The notes: generated by a model not told the origin, from the sequence alone. 64,000 nt of DNA from Chrysomallon squamiferum (GCA_012295275.1 CM022668.1:4154001-4218000), one strand, 5' to 3'. Shown: positions 35,896 to 50,445, counted from the stretch's first letter. Translations and numbers: made by a program.

Positions 35896-36222
35896 ATCCT
35901 GAGATCAGCATTAGAGAACCAGGAGCAGATGAAGCTACCACAAAAAGTAAATATACATTTTATTAATTTTAAATTGGTTTTGGACAACATTTCTTTTCTA
36001 ATTAATATCAGAATAAAAATATATTTGTGACTTTGTTACTTTTTAAACAGTCAGTATAAATGTGTTAACATCCAGTTAATTGTTTTATCAGTCTAATTAC
36101 TTTTATTCAAATACTATGTTATTAGAAATCATTTCTCACCAGTAAACTGATAAAATCAGTAATTTATAAATATGTATACAAAATGTATTTAAACTGTTTG
36201 TTTGCATTTGTGTGAGTGTTTT

Positions 36223-36262
<40 letters not shown>

Positions 36263-37714
36263 TGTGTGATTTTTATTTATGTCGAAAGTTCCATCTGCTG
36301 TTTTTATTGTTTTAGAAAATATTTTGGTTTCAGATCCTGAGATCAGCATAAGAGAACAAAGGACACATGAAGCTAACAGAATAGGTAATTATATATTTTA
36401 TAAATTTTTCATTGCTTTTAGAGAAATGTATTTTTCTAATAATGAAGTACAGAATAAGAACATATTTGAGATTTTGTTGCTTTTTAAATAGAAAGTATAA
36501 ATCTGTTTACTTCCAATTGATTGTATTATTTATTTTTGGAGGCCAATCTTTTCTAATTAAAATATACGAGAAACTTTGTATTACCACATGTCAAGTAAAC
36601 TTAAACATTTAACATGACTTTAATCTGATCATATTATTGACATGTAATATTGCAATTCAGCAACACTTGAATTTAATAATAAAGGTAATTTATTTCTGGT
36701 ACTTTTTCCATATGGCTTGAAGAAAAAAAAAATAATGTGACCTTAGATCTGGTACCATCATGTATTTTATTTCTATTTTTTGAAAGAACTAGAAATGATT
36801 CACCTGCATAGTTCTATTCTTTGTTATTTTATCATTTTATGTTATTATTAGCAAATAATTGACATCACAAAAGAAATAAAGAAATCAGATTAAGCTGCAT
36901 ATATTTTAATTTTATAGCAGAACTTACTCTGAGTTGTGTTACATATTTTTTAATTTTTAATTTTTCAATTATTTATTAAAAATCACTAGCAAATCAGATT
37001 CCAAACGTCGTTAGAAAGAACTGATGTAGACCAGTGTCTCGTCCCCTACTACAAAATGGATGCTAATCCTCGAGGTATATTTTCAAATAAATATTTTACT
37101 AATTTGGAATCAGCAGGACATTTTTAATAACAGTATTAGATTTGGTACAAACAATATAGGTGAGAGGTATGTGTCACACATACATATTCATTCATTTTTT
37201 TTTATGCCTTTGTGATTTGTTTGGTGCTGTTTATGCAGACCTGCACTGGCAGAGATCGGAATTCTCCAGTGTGTAAGTCATGTTTCCTTGTTATTACTCG
37301 AGCTACTATATCTTGATGAGTAATTCATAAACACAGACCCAGTCTGGGCTCTCCACATTCATATCACTGTATCTGTCCCTCATTCTTTCTCTCTGTTTCT
37401 CTTTGTCTGTCACCCTTAAATATATGGGTTTTTTTTCTGTTTTATTCTAGGAATATGTGTAATAATCAACAATAGAGGTTTTGAGAAGGATCGAGTGAAG
37501 CCAGAAGCTAAAGATTTGCCATATAGAGAGGGAACTGATGTAGATGCTGGTAAGTTTTACTTTGAAAGAGAATAGCAGCAACAACAAGAACTATAGTAAT
37601 AATTAAAATAACAGCATTAGTAACAATAACAATAATAATAATAATTATAATAAAAATAGTTTTAACAGCAAATAATAATAAGATAGTGATTGTAATAAAA
37701 ACACCACCACCACC

Positions 37715-37747
<33 letters not shown>

Positions 37748-40392
37748 AATAATAATAATAATAATAATGAAAGTTTGTTTATGTATGGCATGTAGCTCTC
37801 ATTTTCTCTCTCTGTCGCTTTCTCTGACTCATTTGTAGTGTTTTGTTGATGAAATTCATTCAATATTTAGATATATGTAGAGATATTTATTCAATTACAT
37901 GATCATGTGCCATTTTTTCACGTTTCAGAATATTAATTTATGTGATAAACGAAAACAATGCTCAAACACCATCTATTATAAAAATAATTTGTTTTTTGGT
38001 TCATATCCAACATACACGTACACAAATCAATATTAATACCTAGTATTAAAATATGTAAATAAGTTTTATTTCTAGTTAAGCTGAAAGAAACTTTTGAGAA
38101 TCTTCAATTCATCATCCAATATGAAGAAAATCTGTCTGACAGTGACATGGTTCAGACTGTAAATCAGCTGGCTTTGTCTGATCACAGTGACTATGACTGT
38201 TGTTGTGTGTTGTATTTTGTCACATGGAACTGAAGGTGCAATATACGGAAGTAACGGTTGTCTTGTAAAGATCAGAGACTTGACTGCACCATTTAGACCT
38301 CAGTCATGTCCAACACTGAGTGTGAAACCAAAGTTGTTTTTCATACAGGCTTGTCAGGGTGAAGAAAAACAACTAGGTATGTATGGCAGCTGTTAAAAAT
38401 AATTCCTCAAAACTACATATATGATTATCTGTTGTATTTACATAATTTAGTCACATACATGTTAAATTTTGTGGTCTAATTCTGTGCAAATTGCCATCTC
38501 GTATTTAGTATATGAGAAATATGTTTTGGGGATGAAGACTTTGCTACGAGTTTATACTGACTGGCCATAAATGATATATTTTGAATGTTTTTTTTTTTGT
38601 TTATTTGCTTTGTAATACTTGATATATAGTTACAAATATCTATATGGGTTTTGGTATGAGTTTATATTTTCTAGGATTAATATTTTTAAAATATCAGAAC
38701 TCGATTTCTGATATATCTATTTACAGGACATGATACCCAGACAGATGGTGATATTGACATGGATGTTCAGCAGGAAGAAACAAACCCAGAAGAAGGAACA
38801 AACCCACAGGCAGAAATAATCCCAAATGAAACAGATTTTCTGTTAGGATATGCCACAGTACCAGGTTTTATGTCTTACAGATTAGCATCAGCTGGATCCT
38901 GGTACATCAGAAAACTGACAGAAATTTTAAATAAATGTGCTAAAAAGTAAGTAAACGAATTTTATGACTGTATAAAATCTAAAGAGGAAATTTAAGAATC
39001 AGCTTGAAGATTACAACTAATGTATTCTTGCAGAAATGACATATAATGCAGAAACATGGACACAAACAAGACAGACAAAGAACAAACTAACAACCAGACA
39101 AAATAATTGTTAAACATCACATTATGACCAAAGAACAACTCACCTGTATAAGATAAAACAAAAGTCGTAGATATCACTGATCAGGTTAGAAGCAGAACAC
39201 AAGAGCTGACTGATGATGATGAAATTTTAATAATAAACATTCAGGATTGTATGAAATTTTAAGTGGAAGCTTAGGAATCTGCATGAAGAAGTACGTTTAC
39301 AAATTAAACTAGTAACCACAGAAACATGAATGAAAATAATTGTTAAACATCACATCATGACCAAACCAGGAAACTTCTGGTTCAAAGAGAAACCAAAGGT
39401 TTTATATACAAGTGATCAGGTAAAAAGCAGAATACAGCAGCTGAAAGATGATGAAATTTTAAAAAGAAACAAATATTTTTTTAAACTGTATTGAGTTAAT
39501 CTGAGTCTTGTGACATCACTGAAATGTTGTCTTGAGGATTATTTTATCATTGTCAAAAAGAGGATCATCTACCTGTTCAGGAGATAAAGATATGCAGTTT
39601 ACAAATTACTTTTATGATGACAATGTTGACTGCTCTTTTGGAAATAAATGGCAGGATCAAACACCTTTTAGTACTGTTTATGTTTACATATTTTCAACAT
39701 TTGCAAATTTATAATAACAATAAAAACAGTGGCGTAAGATGTTTTGCTGTGACTTTGGTACTGTTCTTTGTGATCTTGACTAAATGTTTTGCATTGATGT
39801 TTCGTGATGTCACACGTTGTTAACTAACACTGTTAGCTGGATGATGATTTTTCTAGGCAGAACAAATTGATTACTATAATAAAAATTGTCACAATTCTTT
39901 TAGAATTCATACACAATATATATATTTATATTACACATACCTTAGAAACATGTGTTACATATGTTATTGTATTTTAGTTAGAAGCTCCCAAGGACTGTTC
40001 CTTTGTCATCTTGTTAACTAAGATGGACAAGAAATCATTTTCATTCTCCTTTCAGATCTTTTAACAAATTAAACAAAACAATGGAACTGGGACATACATA
40101 CAGATCTGTCTGTTTGTCTGTCTATCTAGCTAGCTATCTAGTTATCTATATCTATCTATCTGTATATATATAAAAAAATTCCTCATATTTCTGTTTGTTA
40201 TTAAAATATTACTATCTATTACTTTAAAAAAAATTATATTCATTTTATTAATTTTTCAGAGAGGACGTCTTCAGTTTGCTGACGTTAGTAAATTATGAAG
40301 TAGGTAAAGAAGACATCGAATTCGAAGATGAGCTGTGGAAGCAATCACCATCATATTTCAGCTCATTGAGGAAGAAGCTGATATTCAAGTGA
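35896..40392 (+). pseudogene. Caspase-8-like module B (linker plus catalytic exons only, no DED/DD)
   Basis: Exons 35896-35946, 36334-36384, 36990-37074 (8-bp deletion versus the paralog), 37451-37549, 38076-38376 (301 nt, +1 T before CCILSHG; QACQG present), 38727-38946 and 40260-40392 (EDVFSLL..WKQSP..LRKKLIFK*). Confidence 0.85.
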
Positions 40393-41118
40393 AGCAGAAC
40401 TTTTGTTTATTTGCAGTTGATGTTTTCCACAGTTAAAGCAATATTATTTCAGAATAAATTATTGACATTTTTTTTACACATCCTGTCTATTTGTGCTAAC
40501 ATAAACGAGCTGTATGAACTGAAGTAAGTAAGGAAAAAAAGTAAGAAAAAACCCATCTTTAAATAAATTCTATATACATGAAAGAAAAAGCAGCTTACTT
40601 GGTATATGCTTGTTACATTTGATTTTTATTTATTTATATCTATATTTACTCATCATAAATAGTTAAAATACAAGCAATATATTTCAGTATCAATAAAATA
40701 TTCGTTGTTTGTTTTGCATCATAGATAAACAGACTAAATTAATTCTGTAAACTTTAATATTATTGTTTCTTGTTAAAGTGGATAAAATATCTGGTACATT
40801 GACAAGCGATTTACAGTTGATCTACTTGCAAATAGTATCTAGCTTCTTGATATATTTTAATAACATCTTTGTACATAACTTAAAATTATAAATCATGCAA
40901 TTATTAATTTAAGTTTGAAATGTATTCTGCCAAAAATAATACATTGCAGATGCTGAGATATTTAATATGGCTTTAGTTGGAAATGTATTTCTGCATGAGA
41001 GTTAACAAAAAGGAATTTTGCAAATTGTTTTACCTTTTTAATATTTATTTTTAATTTTTAATATTTATCTAGTTTTACTGATCATAAATAGTCTAAATAA
41101 AACCAGTATATTTTAGAT

Positions 41119-41149
<31 letters not shown>

Positions 41150-41239
41150 GCACTTTTCATTGTATGTCTAACACAACAAAATGTATGAACAAAACATTTT
41201 TTTCTTCTGTCTGCCATGGATTTAGTTCTTCTGGTTTAT

Positions 41240-41290
<51 letters not shown>

Positions 41291-41356
41291 TAACACACAT
41301 ACCTTCATATACCTTTTCCTGTGGTTATTTTCTTAACTGGAAGGTTAACATGTATG

Positions 41357-41390
<34 letters not shown>

Positions 41391-43214
41391 TGTATGTATT
41401 CATAAAATTAAAGCAGATAATAAAATGTAAAAAGTGAATAAAATGTACCCAACCCTTGTAATTCTCCTGAAAGAATAACATTTTTGAAAATGCCTTTCAT
41501 TACTTCAAAAAGATATATATGATTAATTTTAAATGATCCTCTATGACATCTGTTGTTGTTGTTGTTATTATTATTATTATTAAATTCAAGCTATTTATGT
41601 TGATTACAAGATTAAATATTTTAGATAAAAACTGTTCAAACTACTGAATACGATTGAAAATAAAATACAATTTGAAAAACTAAATAAGAATAACAACAAA
41701 AATGTTATCTTTTCATACATTTCAACTACAAGAACTCTGTATTTTACTTTTAAGAATTACAGATCAGTAAACTTGAAAAGAGAACAGCAAATTACATTAA
41801 TAGTAAATAAATAAATAAATAAATATACGTAATAATATTTGTTTAAAAGAAGAAGATGAAGAAGAAATGTTGTGTGTTTTTTATTTTTTATTTATTTTTT
41901 TTTCTTCAGAAAATTCTTTGCCTGCTGTTTTTAGAATCTGTTATTTTCTATAGTTGTTAATTCTGAATATATCTGTTGTTTTCTAAGGATTTAAATCCTA
42001 CTAAAGACAGTTCATTGTGATCCTACAGCAGATAATATCTTCTGTATTAACACCTGCAAAATGCAGCAGCATTCATTTAAATAATAACAAATATTGACAT
42101 TTTAACAATACAGTAAGTTTATACTTTTTATTATATATATATATATTTACAATAAAGTAAGTTTTTGGATTTCATTTAAAAGATATAAAGATCAGGACAG
42201 CAAAAAGAATTGTTATTTTTGGCGAAATTAATCACTACCAACTGTTTACACTTGTAGATAATACACATTAACAACGAAATAATATAAATATATTTTTTAT
42301 ATTTAAAAATAAATAAATAAAATGTAATGAAAACACGTTGAGTCATTTTCTAACAACGAACTGTGCATAGGAATTTTTACTGTTTAAATTGCTTTATTAA
42401 TTTGTTGTTTAAGGTTGTTTTTTGTTTATTTTCTTGGTTTTTTTAAAATAAGAAAATGAATACATTTCTGAGCTGTGAGGAGCTAAAATCCAAAGCAAAA
42501 ATGAAAGCATTTTTTCTGAGATTTTTTCTGTCGTGCTTTTCAAATTTGCTCATTTACATTTTTTTCTTCTTCTTTATTATTAGTATTTTTTTTCTCTTCT
42601 CTGGTGTTCGTTCAATAAATGTATTTTATTGTTATTTGAATTACATTCTTTAGGCGCATTTATAAAAAGAACAAAAAAAAAAAAAAAAACAAAACAAAAC
42701 AAACAAAATAAACAAAAAACAAAAATGCAATAAAGTAAACAAAAAAAACACCCAATAACAAACACACACACACACACACAAAACCAGGAAAACGAGGAAA
42801 CCAAACCATTCACCAATACATATATAAATAAATACATATTTTTATCTTAATTAACATAATGCAATAAAGTAAATTAAACAGGTCTTTACGATAATTGTTT
42901 AGTAACTGTAGTTAACTGAAACAAACTGATAACATAACTGACCCGTCTGCCATACATGATTGACAGCTGGTATTGACCAATGACTAACGAGCATGCGTGC
43001 ATCATCGTTTGTCGGTCATAAGACAAACAGGTAGTTAGACAACAATGAATCGTTTGTGTTATTGAACTGCCACGGACACGCCCACTGACCTGTCAGAAAG
43101 TGTGCCCGTCGTAGACGTGCTTCACAACAGCTAGCTCTGATTAGGACGTTAATTTTTTTTTTTTTTTTTTTTTCATTCATTCGTTATTGAATGCGTGCGG
43201 AAGCCTAACCACAA

Positions 43215-43400
43215 TCGTGGTAAAGAGATGTGTAACAGCGATGAGCTATCCAGAACGAATAGTTGTGTAAAATTCGTGTCTTTTCCAAAGCCAGAATGAA
43301 ATTTATAAAAGGCCTGAAATCTATTACTTTATATGGATGGCCAGAGGAACACCTGAATCCATTATATTAGTAATAAAATTGGCCCTAATGATATTTGAAG
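43215..43400 (+). mobile_element. Degenerate THAP-type zinc-finger fragment, probably from a DNA transposon
   Basis: Broken peptides VKRC..(C)NSDE..CVKFVSFPKP..KGLKSITLYGWPEEHLNP resemble the THAP pattern C..C...FP....W...C. GC-richer island in AT-rich flank. Confidence 0.45.
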
Positions 43401-45954
43401 ACACAGTAAATGTTTTGATATTAAACTGATTCCAAGTGCATAACGAGATGTCACTTTACATACAGTTCACTGTACAATAAAAACAATTTACATATATTTT
43501 TCTGACATAAAGTATATATTTTTTCTGACTACAGACAGGAAAAAACAGAATTATTTAATTTCATGCAACAAACAGTACTAAAACTATAAATGAAAGTGAA
43601 CAGAATTAATAAAATATTTAATTTTTTTTTTTTTTTTTTTTTTTTTGGTAAAATAAATTTATGAATAAAACAGCTGTTAAAATTTAATTAAAATTACTGT
43701 TACCACTTCTTTATTGGAATAAAAATGTGAGAAGTAAAAAAGATAAAAGTTAAAAGAAATAAAACAAAAAGAAAAAGAGAAATAAGAAATCAAAACTTTT
43801 GAATAATTCATACAGTATTAACATGTCTGTTATTGTTTTCATGGATGGAAATTTTAAGTTTTTAAAATGTTCTGCCATGTAAAAGAATAGTTTAAACTGT
43901 TCAAGTGACCTATAAGGCTGGATATGTATTAATTCAATTACTGAATGAGAAAAATATATCAGTTATTATATCCGTTGTGTATATATTTACAATAAATATC
44001 TCATTAAAATAAGCAAAGTACACTTGTTGAAAATGATTAATGTATAGGGAAGTAACATTGTTACTTTATATTTATTATTTTGTATATGATCACCATAAAT
44101 AACACAGTTTAAAAAAATATTAAAACTAGATTAAATGAACAAACATTATTATTTTATCTGTTGGCTTACCTTTAAAGAAATCAAAACAAATCTAAAAAAT
44201 TAATATAACCAAATTATAAAAAAAGAAAAAGAAAGAAAGAAAGAAAATAAAAAACCCAGTCACAATGAAAACAGTAACTACTTTTGTCAAAGACCTAAGA
44301 TAATTATTTCATCATGGATAAACATTTATACAAGAATAAAGACTAAGAAAAACAGAAAACATCTTATATAAAAATAAGAAAAAATCAGAGAAAAGTAACA
44401 AAGGCAGAATCTGGACTGTAATGTCCAGCAATAAGTTTGTATAAGCAGAAACTGTTTTACTTCTGATGTATTTTACATGACAAAACTCATTGACAACACG
44501 CAACTTAAACACCAACTGTTTCTCTCTTAAAGTGTTTCTTTAATTGTGTTTCCCTTGATAACGTGTACACAGTATCTAAAAAACAAAACAATCAGTTTAT
44601 TAAGTACATAAAAAAAAAAAAAAAAAACAAGATTAAACAGAAATAAACAAATAGATAAATGTAATAAAAATAACGTATATACTGGTGATGATTTACTTAA
44701 GTTAATAAATTCATAATAAAATTTGATCAGAATGTAATTTTTCTTTCGACTAATTTTGTAATTCGTAAAAAAAAACTCACTATAAGAATTAAAAAAAATG
44801 TATAATTTTAGATTCTTTTTGTACAAGGACGACGAATTAACATTTTCCATTTCTTAGTTAGTGACAAGTATTTTCTCATGGAAATATATAAAAATCACCC
44901 ACATTGTTGTTAACTCAGTATTTTTGTTATCATTGCTGTGTTTTTTTTTTGGTTTTGGTTTTAAATACAGTCGCAGCCCAAGAAAAGAAAAGAAAAGAAA
45001 TAAAATTCTGTTATTTGTTCAACTAGGTTAGGTAAAAATGGTGCCCCATCATTCCAAAACATGTTAACATCGTGAATGTAACCTTCACTGAAGAACTGAA
45101 ACCCTTATGACGGCTTGTCGAAGATATTGTGGTATCTCTTTAAAAAATCCAGACAAATTCACCGACAGATCGGACATTTTAGTCCTTTATCTACATGATT
45201 CGGCTGCCTTTATTTTAAAATGTTGTGTTTATCACAGTTGGGTTACCTCCCTTTTGGTGTCGGAGTTAACTTTGCTGTGCTGAGAGGTCAGTTTGATTAG
45301 AATTCAGATTTTATAATTATGATTTTGAAAATTTCAGCATTTGCATTTTGTAAACACAACATTTTATTATTTATTACATCTTTAAAATGTTCTAAATTTT
45401 TATTTTTGTTTTGTGCAGTTGCTCGGAACAAAATACAAATTAAATAACAAAAAAAGAAAGTAAACAATAAATGATAATAATCACTATAAGTATTTAAAAA
45501 TAGAAGAAAAAATGCAACAAATATAATTTATGATTATGCAAAACATGTCAAAAAAAAACATCTTCAGTGATGAAAATAGTGATGTCGGTGATTATGACAA
45601 AATGTTAAGCATATGTTTCTGTACTGCTGTTTATTTATAAACAGAATATAAATCATAAAGTTTTTATTGTTCAAAAAGAAGAGAAAGAATTATCACTTCG
45701 GATCCAAGTTTGTAATAGTAAAAAAGAAAAAAAAACCCACAAAACAAACATATATATATATATAAATAAAAATAAATAAAAAAATAAATAAATAACAATA
45801 CAAATAAATGCAATATAATAAATATTAAACAAACAAGAACGCAAACAAATAAATAAATAATATAAGGAATAACCAACTATCCAACTAACCAAAGAAAAAA
45901 TTAAATAAATAACATAAATAATGTTAATAAAATATACACAAAGAAAATACTCAC

Positions 45955-46006
45955 CAGCTTCGGTCAACAAAAGAAATAAAAACACAGGCAGAAATATGGC
46001 ATCCAT
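45955..46006 (-). CDS. Signal-peptide exon of an unidentified secreted or membrane protein, divergent from caspase promoter P3
   Basis: TTTTAG acceptor (exon starts at 46013), ATG 46006, MDAIFLPVFLFLLLTEA and phase-1 donor G|GTGAGT at 45955. An upstream donor CAG|GTAAG lies at 46364. Confidence 0.55.
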
Positions 46007-46120
46007 CACTTTTCTAAAATAAAACAATAAAAACATATACTGGGGAGGGGAAAAAAATGAAAAGTGTGTTTTATTATTACTATTATGATCATTATCATTA
46101 TTATTATCATTACCGTTATC

Positions 46121-46174
<54 letters not shown>

Positions 46175-46677
46175 ATCATGATGATGATGATCATCATCAT
46201 GGTCATCATCATCTAATTTTTAATAGTCCTCGTGGAACATATAGTAATGAGAAAAAACGAAAAGAAAAAAAACAGTTTATATTTCAGTATTTTCTTTAAG
46301 AAAAAAATAAACTAAAATATTAACATTTATGTTATCATTAGCGATTAATATTAAAATTCTTACCTGCATATATCGTTTTGTAAATATCTTCGTAGCAACA
46401 TTAATGGCGGAACAACACGCTGTGAAATGTTATCTTTATTGTCAAAGGAAAGAAGAAAAAGCAAACAAACATATCTGAGGTATTAAAATTTATTTAAACT
46501 TGTTCCTCGGAGGTCGATGTTTGGCGGTCGATTTTCCTGAACTGTCAAACGAGGTGATAAACGTTGATTTGGTTTTATATGTTTTGTGCTTCTTCTTCTT
46601 CTTCTTCTTTAAAGAAAATATTGAAATTTGAACTATTTTTTTTTTTTTTTCTTCAGTGGTTTTATTTGTTCTATAAG

Positions 46678-47211
46678 GAATTCGGGGAAAACCTTTACTT
46701 TTATTTAGAATTTTTCCTAACTAGTTTGTCTAATCAGTAACCTACAACTGATATGAGTCGCTAATAGAACAGACAACCATCATACCCACACAAAAAACAA
46801 AAACAAAAAAAACCCATACATTTTTATTTTTATTTTCGTTAATGATCCGTATTCAGTACAAATAAACCCGTTAGCTAACAGTACCATCACCAGTTACTCG
46901 CCACGAACTGCGCATGCTTTCGCTAAGCTACGGTGCTGTTCGATTGTTGCAAACCGGTTTTTATTTCTCACAATCTGAAACGTACATTTTCAAGTGACAG
47001 CGTCATTCTGTATGTTTTCTGGTTTTAGCCCAGACAATCATCAGCAACCGGTTTTGGCTGCCAGGTATCTTGACATTACAAACGAACACGGATTTAAGCA
47101 ATGGAAAATCCCTTTTTGGAAAGTCGTGGAAGGGACTGTGCTGATCAAATTATAAATATAATTCCACTGAAGGATAGAATATTTAAGCTTGTACTGGCTG
47201 TGGACTGGTAG
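46678..47211 (+). promoter_or_regulatory. Caspase promoter copy P3 and non-coding exon 1
   Basis: Highly similar to 24700-25230: GGGGAAAACC, TGGAAAATCCC ~47102, TATAAATA ~47151, donor TAG|GTAAAC. Confidence 0.55.
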
Positions 47212-47823
47212 GTAAACGCGTAACGTAGTTTAAAAGAATCAATTATTGTCTAAAAAGAATCAGTTATTGTGTTAAAACAACGTGTTAATGTTATTAACAT
47301 TGTGACAGTGTTAGGTTGTTTTGATTTTAATGAGTCGGTCATGGAACAAATACGAAACGAAATGAAATTGTTATTTCCGACGTTTTTAAAACTTTAACTT
47401 AAACGTTAAACTATCTCAGCAGTCATTGAGTTTGAACTTAAGTTTTCTCTTTTGATTATTCATAAATAACATACGTACTTCATTAATAGTTACTTTTCCC
47501 AAAACATATTTTTAAATATAATTAATTATTCATTAGTTGCTTTTTATTGGTCGGTTTTAACAAGTACCTTCCCATATCTGTAAGGAATATTTGATTATTG
47601 ATGGTAATAACAAGAACAACAACAACAAAAAATAGTCCAGTACTCGATAAACAAAATTTAGTCCGTAAATTACCAAGGTTTGGTATATGGTTGGATAAAA
47701 ATTGTAATGAAAATTAATGACTGCTGTCTGTTTAGTTCATATGCTGATATTGTCAAATATTTCCTCCAGTCACTCACTAGGAAGGAAAAATATACTAAAT
47801 GGTACACTGATGTTTGTTTACAG

Positions 47824-50445
47824 ATGTGGATCTGTCAACTGTGATGGAAACTGCTCATCAATGTGAACAACAAATACACATGCCAAATCAAAATATGGAA
47901 GTAGAGAATCCCAGTCAGCCAACAGAGCCTGGTAGGACAACAGCAAGGGTTGCACCACAGAATCCTCAACCAACACAAAGTCTTCCTTCAGAACCAGGTA
48001 AATAAAAAACCAAAATACCCAAAACCTTCTTAAATGACCCGACAATCAGAGAACTGATAACTTAATTTGTATTCTAACTTTATCTTGAAAATAAATTAAT
48101 GTAGAAACTTTCCTGAAAACGATCAGATAACATCAATGTTTCTGTAATTTATTCTCAAGGATTTCCATTTTGTAACTTATCATTTTACTTCTATCAATTA
48201 TTTCAACTTTTCTATTATTTATTATGCCTTCAACAATTTCAACATTACTAATAAATAAAAAAGGGAAATGACAGCAGCTATTACTCAGACTAATTATTTT
48301 TAATCAAATTCTATATTAGGAAGTAACTTGATTATTTATGGTAATAACAATAACAACAAACAGAAGAGTATTTGATAAACAAAATTAATTTAGTCAGTAA
48401 ACTGGCAATATTTGGTGTATGGTTGGATATAAATTATTATGAAAATTAGTGAATGCTGTCTATTTATTTCATATGCTGATATTGTCAGATATTCTCTCCA
48501 GTCACTCACTAGGAAACAAAAATATACTAAATGGTAACACTGATGTTTGTTTACAGATGTGGATCTGTCAACTGTGATTGAAACTGCTCATCAGTGTGAA
48601 CAACAAGTACACATGCCAAAAAAAAAAAGATGAAAGTAGACTATCCCAGTCAGCCAACAGAGCCTGGTAGGACAACAGCAAAGGTTGCACCACAGAATCT
48701 TCAACCAACACAAAGTCCTCCTTCAGAACCAGGTAAACAAAAAACCCAAATCCCCAAAACCTTTTTAAATGACGCAATAATCAGAGAACTGATACCTTAA
48801 TTTGTATTCTGAATTTTTATTTTGGACAAAAAAAAAAAAAAGAAGAAAAGTAATGTTATAATATTCCTGTAAATGATCACATTACATTAGTGTTTCTATA
48901 ATTTATTCTCAAGGAGTTCCATCTTTTAACCGATCCAGGTAAATAAAAATCCGAAACCCCTAAAACCTTCTTAAATGACCCAAGTATCATAAATCTAATA
49001 ACTTAATTTGTATTGTAAATATTTATTTTCACAAAAAAGAGTAACAAAAAAGAAAAAAGCAGTAAAATAATATTCCTCTAAATGATTAGATTATATTAGT
49101 GTTTCTATAATTTATTCTCAAGGATTTCCATATTTTAACTAATCTTATTCGTTTTATCAATTGTTTCAACTTTTCTATTATTTATTATGCCTTCAACAAT
49201 TTCAACATTACTAATAAATAAAAAGGAAAATGACAGCAGCTATTACTCAGGCTAATTATTTTTAATCAAATACTATATTAGGAAGTAACTTTATTATTTA
49301 TGGTAATAAGAATAACAACAAACAGAAGAGCATTTGATAAACAAAATTAATTTAGTCAGTAAACTGGCAATATTTGCTGTATGGTTGGATATAAATTATT
49401 ATGAAAATTAGTGAATACTGTCTATTTATTTCATATGCTGATATTGTCAGATATTTTCTTCAGTCACTCACTATGAAACAAAAATATACTAAATGGTAAC
49501 ACTGATGTTTGTTTACAGATGTGGATCTGTCAACTGTGATTGAAACTGCTCATCAGTGTGAACAACAAGTACACATGCCAAATCAAAATATGGAAGTAGA
49601 CTATCCCAGTCAGCCAACAGAGCCTGGTAGGACAACAGCAAGGGTTGCACCACAGAATTCTCAACCAACACAAAGTCTTCCTTCAGAACCAGGTAAATAA
49701 AAAACCCAAACCCCCAAAACCTTCTTAAATGTCAGAGAACTGATACCTTAATTTGTATTGTAAATTTTTATTTTGGAAAAAGAAAAAAAAAAAAAAAAGA
49801 AAGAAACGAAAAGCAATGTAATAATATTCCTGTAAATGATCAGATTACATTAGCGTTTCTACAATTTATTCTCAAGGATTTCCTTCTTTTAATCTATCTT
49901 ATTAGTTCTATCAATTGTTTCAACTTTTCTGTTATTTATTATGCCTTCAACAATTTCAACATTACTAATAAATAAAAAGGGAAATGGCAGCAGCTATTAC
50001 TCAGGCTAATTATGTGTAATCAAATACTATATTAGGAAGTAACTTGATTATTTATCGTAATAAGAAAAGCAACAAACGGACCTGTATTTGATAAAGAAAA
50101 TTAATTTAGCCAATAAACTACCCAGATTTGGTGTATGGATGGATATAAATTATAATAAAAATTAGTGATTGCTGACTATTTAGTTCATATGATGATACTG
50201 TCAGATATTTTCCCCAATCACTCACTAGGAAAGAAAAATATACTAAATGGTAATATGATGGTTGTTTACAGATGTGGATCTGTCAACTGTGATTGAAACT
50301 GCTCATCAATGTGAACAACAAGTACACATGCCAAATCAAAATACTGGAGTAGAGAATCCCAGTCAGCCAACAGAGCCTGGTAGGACAACAGTAAGGGTTG
50401 TACCACAGAATCCTCAACCAACACAAAGTCTTCCTTCAGAACCAG
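47824..50445 (+). repeat. Four tandem ~0.75-0.95-kb units, each with a 174-nt phase-1 exon for the Pro/Gln/Thr-rich caspase linker
   Basis: Exons 47824-47997, 48557-48732 (176 nt, poly-A frameshift), 49519-49692 and 50272-50445 encode DVDLSTV.ETAHQCEQQ.HMPNQN...PGRTTARV.PQN.QPTQSLPSEPG, homologous to the 3' end of the DED exon. Boundaries are TTTACAG..GTAAA. Confidence 0.85.
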
